A stretch of 64,000 nucleotides of DNA from Caulobacteraceae bacterium. Lineage in GTDB: Bacteria; Pseudomonadota; Alphaproteobacteria; Caulobacterales; Caulobacteraceae. The notes below the pieces were generated by a model, which was not told the origin of the DNA, did not search any database, and saw only the letters and a program-made list of their open reading frames with translations. How positions within the stretch are numbered: the first letter of the stretch is position 1; every line of letters starts with the position of its first letter. The translations under genes and the position numbers were made by a program. The stretch is taken from the NCBI GenBank assembly GCA_019746095.1, contig JAIESL010000002.1:100603-164602 (forward strand), written 5' to 3'. Of the stretch, positions 30,436-39,500 are shown piece after piece.

Positions 30436-31620
30436 CTACGCTCCCGGCAGCTGAAGCAGGTGTTTGGCGATGATGTTCAGCTGAACCTCCGAGGTCCCGC
30501 CCTCGATGGAATTGGCCTTGGTCCGCAGCCAGTCGCGCGCGGCCTTGCCGCCCTTCGACCGCTCGCCCTCCCACTCCAGCGCATCGGATCCGCCCGCCGC
30601 CATCAGCAATTCATGCCGACGCTTGTTCAGCTCGGAGCCATAGTATTTCAGCATCGAGGCAATGGCCGGATGGGCCTGGCCCGCCTTCACCTGATCCCCG
30701 GCCCGCTCCATGGCCAGACGGAAGGCAGCGGCGTCGATCTCCATCTCGGCGATCCGGGCCCGGAGCATGCCGTCATCCAGACGCCCGTCATCGTCCATCC
30801 CGATCGAACCCGTCGCCACCTGGCCCAGCGGCCGTCCGCCGCCCAGCTCGCCCATGGCCCCGATCATCGTCCGCTCATGCGCCAGCAGATGTTTGGCCAC
30901 GTCCCAGCCGCGGTTCAGCGTCCCGACCAGATTGGCCTTCTCCACCCGCACATCGTCGAAGAAGGTTTCGCAGAACGGGCTCTTGCCGCTGATCAGGGTG
31001 ATCGGCCGGGTGCTCACGCCCTTGGTCGCCATGTCGAACAGGACGAAGGAAATACCCAGATGCTTGGGTGCCTCCGGGTCCGTCCGCACCAGACAGAAGA
31101 TCCAGTCGGCCTTGTCGGCGTAGGACGTCCAGACCTTCTGGCCGTTGACGATCCAGTGGTCGCCGCGGTCCTCGGCCCGGGTCTGGATAGACGCCAGATC
31201 GGACCCCGCACCCGGCTCGGAATAGCCCTGGCACCAGCGGATCTCGCCGCGCACGATCTCGGGCAGGAAGCGCTGCTTCTGTTCCTCGGTCCCGAAGGCC
31301 AGCAGGGCCGGCCCCAGCATCCAGACGCCGAAACTGGCCAGCGGCGACTGGGCGTCGATGCGCCGCATCTCCGAATTCAGCACCTTGGCCTGTTCGCGGC
31401 TCAGCCCCCCACCGCCGTATTGGGTCGGCCACTCGGGCGCAGTCCAGCCCTTGGCCCCCATCCGGTCGAGCCAGACCTTGTGCGCCGGGGTCGGAAAGAC
31501 GGCGTTGCGTCCGCCCCAGACCCGGTCCTCGTCGCTCTCTACCGGCCCGCGGCACTCTGCGGGACAGTTGGCTTCGAGCCAGGCGCGGGTCTCTGCGCGA
31601 AAGGTGTCGAGTTCGGTCAT
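30436..31620 (-). CDS. Acyl-CoA dehydrogenase family protein
   Basis: WCQGYSEPGAGSDLA, NGQKVWTS and SIEGGTSEVQ motifs. Confidence 0.93.
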   Translation of the reverse strand: MTELDTFRAETRAWLEANCPAECRGPVESDEDRVWGGRNAVFPTPAHKVWLDRMGAKGWTAPEWPTQYGGGGLSREQAKVLNSEMRRIDAQSPLASFGVWMLGPALLAFGTEEQKQRFLPEIVRGEIRWCQGYSEPGAGSDLASIQTRAEDRGDHWIVNGQKVWTSYADKADWIFCLVRTDPEAPKHLGISFVLFDMATKGVSTRPITLISGKSPFCETFFDDVRVEKANLVGTLNRGWDVAKHLLAHERTMIGAMGELGGGRPLGQVATGSIGMDDDGRLDDGMLRARIAEMEIDAAAFRLAMERAGDQVKAGQAHPAIASMLKYYGSELNKRRHELLMAAGGSDALEWEGERSKGGKAARDWLRTKANSIEGGTSEVQLNIIAKHLLQLPGA

Positions 31621-31659
31621 GGCGTCCTCCGTCGGGACAGACTAGCAGCGATTCACCCG

Positions 31660-31672
31660 TGACGTAGCGTCA
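31660..31672. promoter_or_regulatory. Palindromic operator candidate upstream of the acyl-CoA dehydrogenase pair
   Basis: TGACG-TAG-CGTCA, about 40 bp before the ATG at 31620. Confidence 0.45.
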
Positions 31673-31707
31673 GCGTTTCCCTCTCCCATCGGGGAGGGAG
31701 AACCCGG

Positions 31708-31965
31708 CTACTGGCCGCCCGGCAGGAACGGCGAGAAGGTGATGATGGTGAAGGTGTCGCGGATATTGGCCCGGGTCTGCACCGACTTCGTCACGAAGGT
31801 CCCGATGTCCAGGTCCTTGGGCAGCTGGAATTTGGCCAGCAGGTCGTACTGGCCCGAGGTCGAATAGACCTCGGAGACGTATTCCACATTGTCCACCATG
31901 TCGGCCGCCACATCATTGGCGTGGCCGAGCTCGCATTTGATGAAGACGAAGATGGCGGTCATCAT
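31708..31965 (-). CDS. Stand-alone Lrp/AsnC ligand-binding domain protein (no HTH)
   Basis: IFVFIKC and V.EVYSTSGQYDLL motifs; 85 aa. Confidence 0.85.
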   Translation of the reverse strand: MMTAIFVFIKCELGHANDVAADMVDNVEYVSEVYSTSGQYDLLAKFQLPKDLDIGTFVTKSVQTRANIRDTFTIITFSPFLPGGQ

Positions 31966-31994
31966 GGCGGCGGCTCCCGGAAGGCTCGAGTTCG

Positions 31995-32108
31995 TAGGGC
32001 TTAGGTCTTAGGGCTTAGTTCGCTCGCGGGCCAGCCGCCCCCTGACACCGATCCCCAAGCCCTAAGCCCTAAGCCCTAATCCCTAAGCCCTAAGCCCTAA
32101 GCCCTAAG
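31995..32108. repeat. Heptamer-armed hairpin element C: (TAGGGCT)3+ ... (CCCTAAG)8
   Basis: Left arm 31995-32018; right arm 32053-32108 (one CCCCAAG and one CCCTAAT variant); 23/24 complementarity; 34 bp spacer. Confidence 0.95.
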
Positions 32109-32116
32109 CGAAACCC

Positions 32117-32914
32117 GTGGACCTCGAAGCCGAATACAACAACCGCGCCCGCGTCCCCGACCATCCTGCGGTCATGCAGCGATGGCGCGAGACCGCCGAA
32201 GCCGCCCGGGCCGCGCATCCGCCGATGGAGCTCGCCTACGGGCCCGGCCCGCGGGAGGTGATGGACCTGTTCGAGGCTGCGCCCGGAGCCCCCGTCGCCG
32301 TCTTCCTCCACGGCGGCTACTGGCAGGCGCTGGACCGGAGCTGGTTCTCCGGCCTGGCCCCGGCTCTTGCGCGCCACGGCGTCAGCCTCGCCGTCCCCTC
32401 CTATGACCTCTGCCCTGCCGTCCGGCTCGGCACCATCCTGCGGCAGGTGCGCAGGGCCGTGGAAACCATCCGCGCGCGCGCCGGAACCCGACCCGTCGTC
32501 TTCGGCCATTCCGCGGGCGGCCATATGGCCGCCTGTATGCTCAGCGAGGGCCGCGCCTCGGCCGCGGTCGCCATCAGCGGCGTCTTCGACCTCGCTCCCC
32601 TGATCCCGACCTCGCTGAACACCGCCCTCGACCTCGACGACCGCGAGGCCGCGGCCCTGTCACCGATCCACTGGCCGATCCCCAACGGCTCCACGGCCGG
32701 CGGCACGGTGCTGGACTGTATCGTCGGCGCCGACGAGAGCCCCGAGTTCCTGCGCCAGTCGAAAATGATGGCCGGCCACTGGGCCGCCCACGGCGTCGAG
32801 ACCCGCTTTGAGGCGCTGGCGGGCCTGAACCATTTCACCGTCCTGGACCCGCTGTTCGACGGGGACAGCGCCCTGGTGCATCGGATCGTGGACCTGTCGC
32901 ACAAGGGCGGATGA
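32117..32914 (+). CDS. Alpha/beta hydrolase (arylformamidase-like)
   Basis: FLHGGYW, GHSAGGH and NHF motifs; GTG start. Confidence 0.88.
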   Translation: MDLEAEYNNRARVPDHPAVMQRWRETAEAARAAHPPMELAYGPGPREVMDLFEAAPGAPVAVFLHGGYWQALDRSWFSGLAPALARHGVSLAVPSYDLCPAVRLGTILRQVRRAVETIRARAGTRPVVFGHSAGGHMAACMLSEGRASAAVAISGVFDLAPLIPTSLNTALDLDDREAAALSPIHWPIPNGSTAGGTVLDCIVGADESPEFLRQSKMMAGHWAAHGVETRFEALAGLNHFTVLDPLFDGDSALVHRIVDLSHKGG

Positions 32915-33023
32915 GGGGTTGTCACCACCGGAGTGCTACGCTGACATCCTGACAGGTCGCGGAGGCTCTTCCGCGACTGCGCCGCGCCCGGGGGCCGGCG
33001 GTCCAGGAGTTCCAGGAGCGGGC

Positions 33024-33635
33024 ATGTCCAATCGCGTTGACGCCCTCATCGACCGCATCCGGTCACTCGAACACGAGCTCGAGGTCGAGTTTTCCAAACA
33101 GCGGTCCGGCTTCCAGTTTGGGCTCGAGCACGGCCGGGCGCGGTTCGAGGAAGAGGCCATCCGCCGGCTGACGGAGCGCCGCACCCGTCTGCTGAAATAT
33201 GTCTTCAGCTCGCCGCTGCTGGTCGCCGTGACCGCACCGGTGATCTATTCGCTGCTGATCCCCTTTGCGGTGGTCGACCTCTGGGTGTCGATCTACCAGG
33301 CAGTCTGTTTCCGGGTGTACGGCACCCCCCAGGTCCGGCGCGGGCGCTACATGAATTTCGACCGCAACGGCCTGCCCTATCTCAATGCGCTCGAGAAGCT
33401 GAACTGCGCCTATTGCTCCTACGTCAACGGCGTCATCGCCTATGTGCGCGAGGTCGCGTCGCGCACCGAGCAGTACTGGTGCCCGATCAAACACACCCGC
33501 CGGGTCGTCGGCGCGCATGCCCGCTATGACGGCTTCGAGGATTTCGGCGACGGCGACGGCTATCGCCACCATCTCGGGCGGCAGCGCGAGGCCCTGCGGA
33601 CCGCGGACGATGCGGGCGAGGCCGCGGGCTCATGA
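33024..33635 (+). CDS. Hypothetical membrane protein
   Basis: RBS AGGAG; hydrophobic core; EKLNCAYCSY and QYWCPIKH motifs. Confidence 0.75.
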   Translation: MSNRVDALIDRIRSLEHELEVEFSKQRSGFQFGLEHGRARFEEEAIRRLTERRTRLLKYVFSSPLLVAVTAPVIYSLLIPFAVVDLWVSIYQAVCFRVYGTPQVRRGRYMNFDRNGLPYLNALEKLNCAYCSYVNGVIAYVREVASRTEQYWCPIKHTRRVVGAHARYDGFEDFGDGDGYRHHLGRQREALRTADDAGEAAGS

Positions 33636-33681
33636 GCCGCGGCCTGCGCGCCGTCGATCCCCGGACCGCAGCCCCCTCGGG

Positions 33682-35043
33682 TCAGGGCCGCTCGGTCAGA
33701 ATCAGCGTCGCGGCCGCGGTGCCGCCGCCGAAGGTCCCCACCCAGATGTCGTAGACGCCGGCCGAGGGCTTATCGAGGTTCACCTCGGCATTGCCGCCTC
33801 CGCGACTGTCATCGTCGCAGTGCCAGACGCCGTCGGGATCATTGATGACCAGCGTCGTATCCGTGGCCGATTCCGTGCGGACGATCAGAGGCTGGCGACC
33901 GGCCGTATAGGTGATCTGGTAATCGGGCGCGCGGGCGATGGAGCCCCTGCAGCTGTCGCTCACATTGGCGGCCGGGACCGGTCCGCCGGCCCGCAGCGGG
34001 ATACGGCGCGGGTCGGGCGTGAAGCCGCTGCGCAGGTTGATCTCGCCATAGGTGGCGGTCATGCCGGCGTCGGGCATCAGGCCAGAGGTCACCGGTGCCG
34101 GAGTCACGACCGGGGGCGGGGCCGGAACGTAGACCGTCGGCCCGCCCCCATCGTTCCCGTTGCCGATCTCGGTGATCTGCAGCGTCGCCTGACCGCCGGG
34201 GCCGGAATAGCTGCCGACCCAGACGTCATAGACGCCGGACTGCGGGTTGCTGAACCGGACTTCCGCATTGGACTGGCCGGCGCTGTCGTCGTCGCAGAAC
34301 CAGGAGCCGTTCGGCCCGTTGATCACCAGGGTGGTGTCGGTGCCCGAGAGCGTGCGGAAGATCAGCGGCAGATTGCCCGCCGTATAGGTCAGTTCGAAAT
34401 CCGGGGCGCGGGCGACCGTGCCGGTGCATCCGCTCCCGACCGAGGACGCCTGCAGCGGGCCGCCGGAGGTCACACTCACCGTATAGGGGTCAGGCGTGAA
34501 GCCCGAATACAGGGTCCGGCTGCCGTAGGTGGCCGTCAGGCTCGAATCGGGAGTCTGTCCGCCCGACTGGTCCGGAGATCCGCCGTTGTTGATCTCGCTG
34601 ATCGACAGGACGGCCGACTCCATGCGGCCCGAATAGCTGCCGATCCAGACGTCATAGGTCCCCGATTCAGCAGGGATGAAGCGAATCTCGGGGTCGAGGC
34701 CGTTGGTGTCGTCGTCGCAATACCAGCGACCATCCGGGCCGTTGATCAACAGGGTGGTATCGACGCTCGAGGATGAGCGGAAGACCAGCGGATAGCCGCC
34801 CCCGGCCGTATAGGTGAACTCGAAATCCGGAGAGTTCGAGATCGTACCGGAACATTCGCTCGATACGCTCGAGGCCTGGATCGAGCCGCCGGCGGTGACA
34901 TTCACCGTATAGGGGTCGGGCGTGAAGCCGTAGGATCGCGAGACCGAGCCGCTGATCGGCGGGGCCGACATATCCTGGGCCGCGGCGGCGCCTGCGGGCA
35001 GGGCCAGGGCCGCCAGGCAGGTCAGCAGGACGGTGTTACGCAT
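33682..35043 (-). CDS. Secreted protein of three tandem pre-peptidase C-terminal-like beta domains
   Basis: Signal peptide; three copies of GFTPDP...DTTL.IN.P.G.W.CDDD...SG.YD(V/I)W. Confidence 0.8.
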   Translation of the reverse strand: MRNTVLLTCLAALALPAGAAAAQDMSAPPISGSVSRSYGFTPDPYTVNVTAGGSIQASSVSSECSGTISNSPDFEFTYTAGGGYPLVFRSSSSVDTTLLINGPDGRWYCDDDTNGLDPEIRFIPAESGTYDVWIGSYSGRMESAVLSISEINNGGSPDQSGGQTPDSSLTATYGSRTLYSGFTPDPYTVSVTSGGPLQASSVGSGCTGTVARAPDFELTYTAGNLPLIFRTLSGTDTTLVINGPNGSWFCDDDSAGQSNAEVRFSNPQSGVYDVWVGSYSGPGGQATLQITEIGNGNDGGGPTVYVPAPPPVVTPAPVTSGLMPDAGMTATYGEINLRSGFTPDPRRIPLRAGGPVPAANVSDSCRGSIARAPDYQITYTAGRQPLIVRTESATDTTLVINDPDGVWHCDDDSRGGGNAEVNLDKPSAGVYDIWVGTFGGGTAAATLILTERP

Positions 35044-35205
35044 GTCGGCTCCGGTACCCGTGTTCAATGCTCGCCAGTGTTCCGCCACGACTCCCGATTG
35101 GTCAAGCCTTGTGCCGCAGGCGATCGGGCGGTCACAGGGTTTGATCCGGCACGACTTGACGTCGCCCGCCCGCCGGTCGAGTCAGGACGCAACACGGAGC
35201 CTGCC

Positions 35206-35880
35206 ATGCGCCACGACCGCCTTGCCGTCCTGACCGCCCTCGAAGCCCAGGGCGTGGTCCCGGTCTTCTACCATCCGGACGCCGGGGTCTGCCTTGAGGT
35301 CATCCGCGCCTGCGCCCGCGGCGGGGCGCCGGTGATCGAATTCACCAACCGCGGCGACTTCGCCTGCGACCTGTTCGGCGACATCGCCCGCGAACTGCAG
35401 CGGACCGACCCCCACATCATCCCCGGCATCGGCTCGGTGGTCGACGCCGGCACGGCCAGCCTCTTCCTCAATCGCGGGGCCCGGTTCGTGGTCAGCCCCT
35501 GCCTCGTCCCCGAGGTCGCCGGCGTCTGCAACCGACGCATGACCGCCTACTTCCCCGGCTGCGGCTCGGTCACGGAGATCGGCCAGGCCCATGAGCTGGG
35601 CTGCGAGGTCGTCAAACTCTTCCCCGGTGCGAGCGTCGGCGGCCCCGACTTCGTCAAGGCGGTCATGGGCCCCATGCCCTGGACGAAAATCATGCCCACG
35701 GGCGGCGTAGATCCGGACGCGGCCAGTATCGCCAGATGGTTCGGCTCGGGCATCATCGCCGCCGGCATGGGCTCGAAACTGGTCACCGACGCCGCCGTCA
35801 AGGCCGGCGACTGGGCCGCGATCGAGGCCAGTGTCCGCCAGGCCGTCGAGGCGGTCGCGACCTTCCGGGCGGGACGCTAG
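35206..35880 (+). CDS. eda: KDPG/KHG aldolase
   Basis: IEFTNR, GIGSV, FVVSP, KLFPG and MPTGGV motifs; ATG at 35206. Confidence 0.88.
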   Translation: MRHDRLAVLTALEAQGVVPVFYHPDAGVCLEVIRACARGGAPVIEFTNRGDFACDLFGDIARELQRTDPHIIPGIGSVVDAGTASLFLNRGARFVVSPCLVPEVAGVCNRRMTAYFPGCGSVTEIGQAHELGCEVVKLFPGASVGGPDFVKAVMGPMPWTKIMPTGGVDPDAASIARWFGSGIIAAGMGSKLVTDAAVKAGDWAAIEASVRQAVEAVATFRAGR

Positions 35881-36719
35881 GCCAGAATTTCCTCGACCTC
35901 GGCGCGTGTCGGCAGCGACGGCTGGGCCCCCGGCCGGGTTGCCGCAATCGCCCCCGCGGCACAGGCGAACCTCAGGGCCGCCTCCGGCTCCATCCCCTCC
36001 AGCAGGGCGACACAGATCGCCCCGACGAAACAGTCGCCCGCGCCGGTCGCATCGACCGCCTTCACCTTCGGCGGCGTCGCCCGGGCGATCTCGGCTCCGC
36101 GCTGGTACATGACCGCGCCCCGCGCCCCCAGGGTCACCACCACCCGGCCGCCGCCCTGGTGCAGCAGGTCGCCATAGAATTCCGCCTCGGTCTCATTGAC
36201 CACCAGCAGGTCGGCCCGGCGCAGCAGCTGGTCCGACACCGGTGCCGCAGGGGCCAGGTTGATGCAGACGAACTCTGTTCCCCGCCCCGCCGCCGCCTCG
36301 ACCGTCTCGATCGGCAGTTCCAGCTGCAGGATCAGCGGCGTCTCGATCCGCGCCGGCAGCTGTTCGGGCATGAGGCTGTGGTTGGCACCCGCCGCCACCA
36401 CGATCTGGTTCTCGCCCTCGGGATCGACCGCGATCAGGGCCACGCCGGTCGGTGCCGACGGGTCCGTCACCACCCCGCCGACATCGACGTCATCCGCCAG
36501 CAACAGGGCCATGGCCTCCTCGGCCATGCCGTCGCGCCCGACCCGGCCGATCATGCAGATCTCGGCACCCAGCCGCTGCGCCGCCAGCGCCTGGTTGGCC
36601 CCCTTGCCGCCCGGATGCCGCGCCAGGGTCGCCCCGGTCACGGTCTCGCCCGCGCGCGGCAGGCGCGGCGCGGTGGCGACGAAATCCAGATTGATCGAAC
36701 CGACGACCGTCAGCCTCAA
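35877..36719 (-). CDS. rbsK: Ribokinase (PfkB family), probable TTG start
   Basis: VVGSINLD, PGGKGANQA, VVNETE and DATGAGDCF motifs. Confidence 0.88.
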   Translation of the reverse strand: MRLTVVGSINLDFVATAPRLPRAGETVTGATLARHPGGKGANQALAAQRLGAEICMIGRVGRDGMAEEAMALLLADDVDVGGVVTDPSAPTGVALIAVDPEGENQIVVAAGANHSLMPEQLPARIETPLILQLELPIETVEAAAGRGTEFVCINLAPAAPVSDQLLRRADLLVVNETEAEFYGDLLHQGGGRVVVTLGARGAVMYQRGAEIARATPPKVKAVDATGAGDCFVGAICVALLEGMEPEAALRFACAAGAIAATRPGAQPSLPTRAEVEEILA

Positions 36720-36796
36720 GGCATCTCTCCCGCGTCCGGCAGGGCCGGACCGACGCCTCTCTATAACCTGCGGACAGGCCGGTGAGCCACACACGG

Positions 36797-36825
36797 AAAC
36801 GCCGCCGGCGATCCGGCCGGCGGCG
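36797..36825 (-). terminator. Intrinsic terminator of ompW
   Basis: 10 bp GC stem CGCCGCCGGC/GCCGGCGGCG followed by TTT on the minus strand. Confidence 0.7.
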
Positions 36826-36836
36826 CTTGCATCGGT

Positions 36837-37505
36837 CTAGAATTTGCGGCCGAAGCCGACCGACACGACCCAGGGATCGATGTTGACGTCGCTGGTCAGG
36901 GCCCCGCCATTGACCGTGGCGGTGGTGTCGAACCAGACCTTCTTGACGTCGAGATTGAGGGTCCAGGGTCCGGTGATGGCCACGTCCGCCCCGGCCTGCA
37001 GGGCGTAGCCGAAGCCGTCCTCCAGATCGACGGTGAAGCCGTTCTTGTCCTGGCCGTCGAAGAACAGCATGTAGTTGATGCCGGCCCCGACATAGGGGCT
37101 GACGCGCGCCTCGGGGGCGGGGCGGTACTGCAGGGTCACCACCGGCGGCAGCACCCAGGTTTCGTGCACGGCGACATCGGTCATGCCGCCCTGGGCCCGG
37201 ATCTCATGCTGGGTCGCGCCGAGGATGGCCTCGACCGAGATGTTGTCGGTCAGGAAATAGGTGAACCCCAGGGTCGGCATGACATCATTGCCGACGTCGA
37301 CGTTCAGCCCCGTGTCCGCGCCGGCCGAGGTGAAGATGGAATCGTCGGCACCGCTCGACACGTCGGTCACCCGACCCGTGACGATCCAGTCACCCTTGCG
37401 CGCGACCTGCCAGTCATTGGTGGTCTGGGCCATGGCGCCGCCTGCAACGCCGGTTGCCAGCGTCATCACCGCGACCGCAGCCGCCAGCCTCATGTTCCGT
37501 TTCAT
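36837..37505 (-). CDS. ompW: OmpW-family outer membrane protein
   Basis: Signal peptide, LPPVVTLQY, PYVGAGINY, DPWVVSVG and C-terminal Phe. Confidence 0.93.
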   Translation of the reverse strand: MKRNMRLAAAVAVMTLATGVAGGAMAQTTNDWQVARKGDWIVTGRVTDVSSGADDSIFTSAGADTGLNVDVGNDVMPTLGFTYFLTDNISVEAILGATQHEIRAQGGMTDVAVHETWVLPPVVTLQYRPAPEARVSPYVGAGINYMLFFDGQDKNGFTVDLEDGFGYALQAGADVAITGPWTLNLDVKKVWFDTTATVNGGALTSDVNIDPWVVSVGFGRKF

Positions 37506-37641
37506 CCCGGTCTTCCAGGACGCCGTCCGGACGCGACATGCAGCCGGTTCGAGCGTCACGGGTGTCCTGGTCCAGCCCGCGCGAGGCGACCTTGCGCCAG
37601 CGCAAACACCGCCGGGAACGGCATGCGGCAGATTGTCCGGG

Positions 37642-38610
37642 TCAGCGAACGGCGTCGGCGATCAGGCTGAAAATCCCTTCCGCATCCGCGGCGGTCGCCC
37701 AGCGATGCGGCAGGGTCCCGGCCACGGCCTGGCGGAATTCCACCGCCGTATGGCCGCGGGTCAGGTCGCTTTCCGTCTCCACCGAGACCCGGCAGGGCTG
37801 CAGGGTGAACAGCGCCGGCTGCAGCAGCCAGGCCACCGGACAGGGATCGTGCACCGGCGGCGCATCCCAGCCGACGATCCTGCGCTCGACCCGCTGGGAG
37901 AACCGCATCATCGACGCCGCCGCATCCGCCATCGGCGTGCCCGCGGCCTCCAGCGACACGATCCGCGCCTCGGTCGCCCGTACCTGATGGGTCGCGTCCA
38001 GCCCGAACAGGATCACGTCGCAGCCCGTCGCCAGCACCTCGGCGGCCGCGTCCGGATCGGCCCAGATGTTGAACTCGGCCGAGGCGGTGATGTTTCCGCC
38101 CTCCGACCGCGCCCCGCCCATGACCGCCACCGGCCCCAGCCGTTCCGCCAGCGCCGGCTCCCGGCGCAAGGCCAGCGCCAGATTGGTCAGCGGCCCCAGC
38201 ACCGCCAGCGCCACCGACTTCGCCGGCCGGGCCATCACCAGAGCGATGATCGCCTCCGCCGCATGCCCGTCCGCGCAAGCCGCCTCCGGCTCGAACGGTG
38301 CCATGTCGCCGAGCCCCTCGGCCCCGTGGAACTCGCCCGCCCCCGCCGGTTCGCGCCGCAGCGGCCGGTCGGCCCCCATGAACACCGGCACATCCTCACG
38401 CCCGGCGATCTGTCTCAGGATCCGCGCATTCCGCGCCGTCTTCACCACCGGCACATTGCCGCCCACGGCGGTGATCGCCAGCAGCTCGAACGCCTCTGAC
38501 CCGAAGGCGAGCATCAGGGCCACGGCGTCGTCCACGCCGGGATCGCAATCGATGATGAGGGCCTGTCGGGTCACGGGATCCGGTTTGAAGCGGGTCGCGG
38601 GGTTAGGCAA
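37642..38610 (-). CDS. Inosine/uridine-preferring nucleoside hydrolase (GTG at 38574 is an alternative start)
   Basis: IIDCDPGVDDA, LGPLTN, AEFNIWADP and HDP motifs. Confidence 0.92.
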   Translation of the reverse strand: MPNPATRFKPDPVTRQALIIDCDPGVDDAVALMLAFGSEAFELLAITAVGGNVPVVKTARNARILRQIAGREDVPVFMGADRPLRREPAGAGEFHGAEGLGDMAPFEPEAACADGHAAEAIIALVMARPAKSVALAVLGPLTNLALALRREPALAERLGPVAVMGGARSEGGNITASAEFNIWADPDAAAEVLATGCDVILFGLDATHQVRATEARIVSLEAAGTPMADAAASMMRFSQRVERRIVGWDAPPVHDPCPVAWLLQPALFTLQPCRVSVETESDLTRGHTAVEFRQAVAGTLPHRWATAADAEGIFSLIADAVR

Positions 38611-38619
38611 CCACGCGCA

Positions 38620-38724
38620 GGGTGATTGGTGGTTAGTGGTTGGTGGTCAGGGCCGGTTCCGGATTGCGCCAATCGTCCGCCGTCAGGGACGCAGCAATCA
38701 CCAATCACCAACCACCAATCACCC
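38620..38724. repeat. Heptamer-armed hairpin element D: (GGTGATT/GGTGGTT)4 ... (AATCACC/AACCACC)4
   Basis: Perfect 15 bp inverted repeat 38620-38634/38710-38724, extending to 21/23; 46 bp spacer. Confidence 0.9.
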
Positions 38725-38726
38725 CC

Positions 38727-39389
38727 TCACCCGCACCGTGCCACACACGCCGCCGCCAGCACCTCGGCCGAATCCACCAGCGGCACGGACACGTCCTGCG
38801 CCGACAGCAGCAGCGGAACCTCGGTGCAGCCGGCGATCACCGCCTCGGCACCGCCCGCGACCAGCAGGGCAGCCAGCCGGCGCATCTCGGTGCGCGGGGC
38901 CTCGCCGAGGTCGCCGCGCTTCACCGCATAGACACAGGCCATGAAGGCCTCCCGCGCCGCGCCGCTCAGCCGCACGATCTTGGCCCCCTTGCCCTGCAGG
39001 GCCTTGGTGTAGAGGGCCTCGCCGCCCGGTGTGGCCAGGACGCCGATCTTCTTCGCCCCGCCCGCGGTCGCCGCCTCGGTGGTCTCGGCGATCATGTCGA
39101 TGAAGGGCAGGCCGACCTTGCGGATCCCCGCCGCCTGGGCGTGGGCGGTGTTGCACGGCATGGCCAGGACCTGGGCCCCGGCGTCGCGCAGCCGCATGGC
39201 CATCTGGCCCAGGGTCTTCTCGGCCGCATCGGGCTGGCGGTTGCGGTCCGGCACCTGCGGATTGATGTCGGCGAGGATGCGGATGTGGTCCTGGTCACCC
39301 TCGGCCGGGGTCAGCGCCTGAACCCGCGCCAGAAAGGCCACGGTGGCGGCCGGACCCATGCCGCCCAGAACGCCCAGAACCTTGCTCAT
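38727..39389 (-). CDS. Aspartate/glutamate racemase family protein
   Basis: GVLGGMGP.AT, PCNTAH and GCTE (two catalytic Cys). Confidence 0.92.
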   Translation of the reverse strand: MSKVLGVLGGMGPAATVAFLARVQALTPAEGDQDHIRILADINPQVPDRNRQPDAAEKTLGQMAMRLRDAGAQVLAMPCNTAHAQAAGIRKVGLPFIDMIAETTEAATAGGAKKIGVLATPGGEALYTKALQGKGAKIVRLSGAAREAFMACVYAVKRGDLGEAPRTEMRRLAALLVAGGAEAVIAGCTEVPLLLSAQDVSVPLVDSAEVLAAACVARCG

Positions 39390-39500
39390 TGTACGCCTCA
39401 AATCCTCGCCGCCCTGCCGGGCAAACGCTCAGCCGCCCTTATGCGCGGAAACGACAGGGAAACGCCAATACAGACCGGGCTCAATGCCGATTGGGCGTCG

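Noticed and set aside
28001-30454. 817-aa plus-strand ORF, and similar long ORFs at 11109-12803, 38640-40679, 41057-42919 and 60088-62223
   Set aside because: These are antisense shadows of well-supported genes. High GC3 on the real strand suppresses stops on the opposite strand, and the proteins show no recognisable motifs.
32053-32108. True telomere or eukaryotic contamination
   Set aside because: The tract is internal, short, paired with an inverted arm and flanked by ordinary bacterial genes.
36716-36724. ATG-CCT-TGA mini-ORF at the ribokinase start, read as a frameshift or regulatory peptide
   Set aside because: An in-frame TTG at 36719 lies 7 nt from GGAG and gives a complete protein, so no frameshift is needed.
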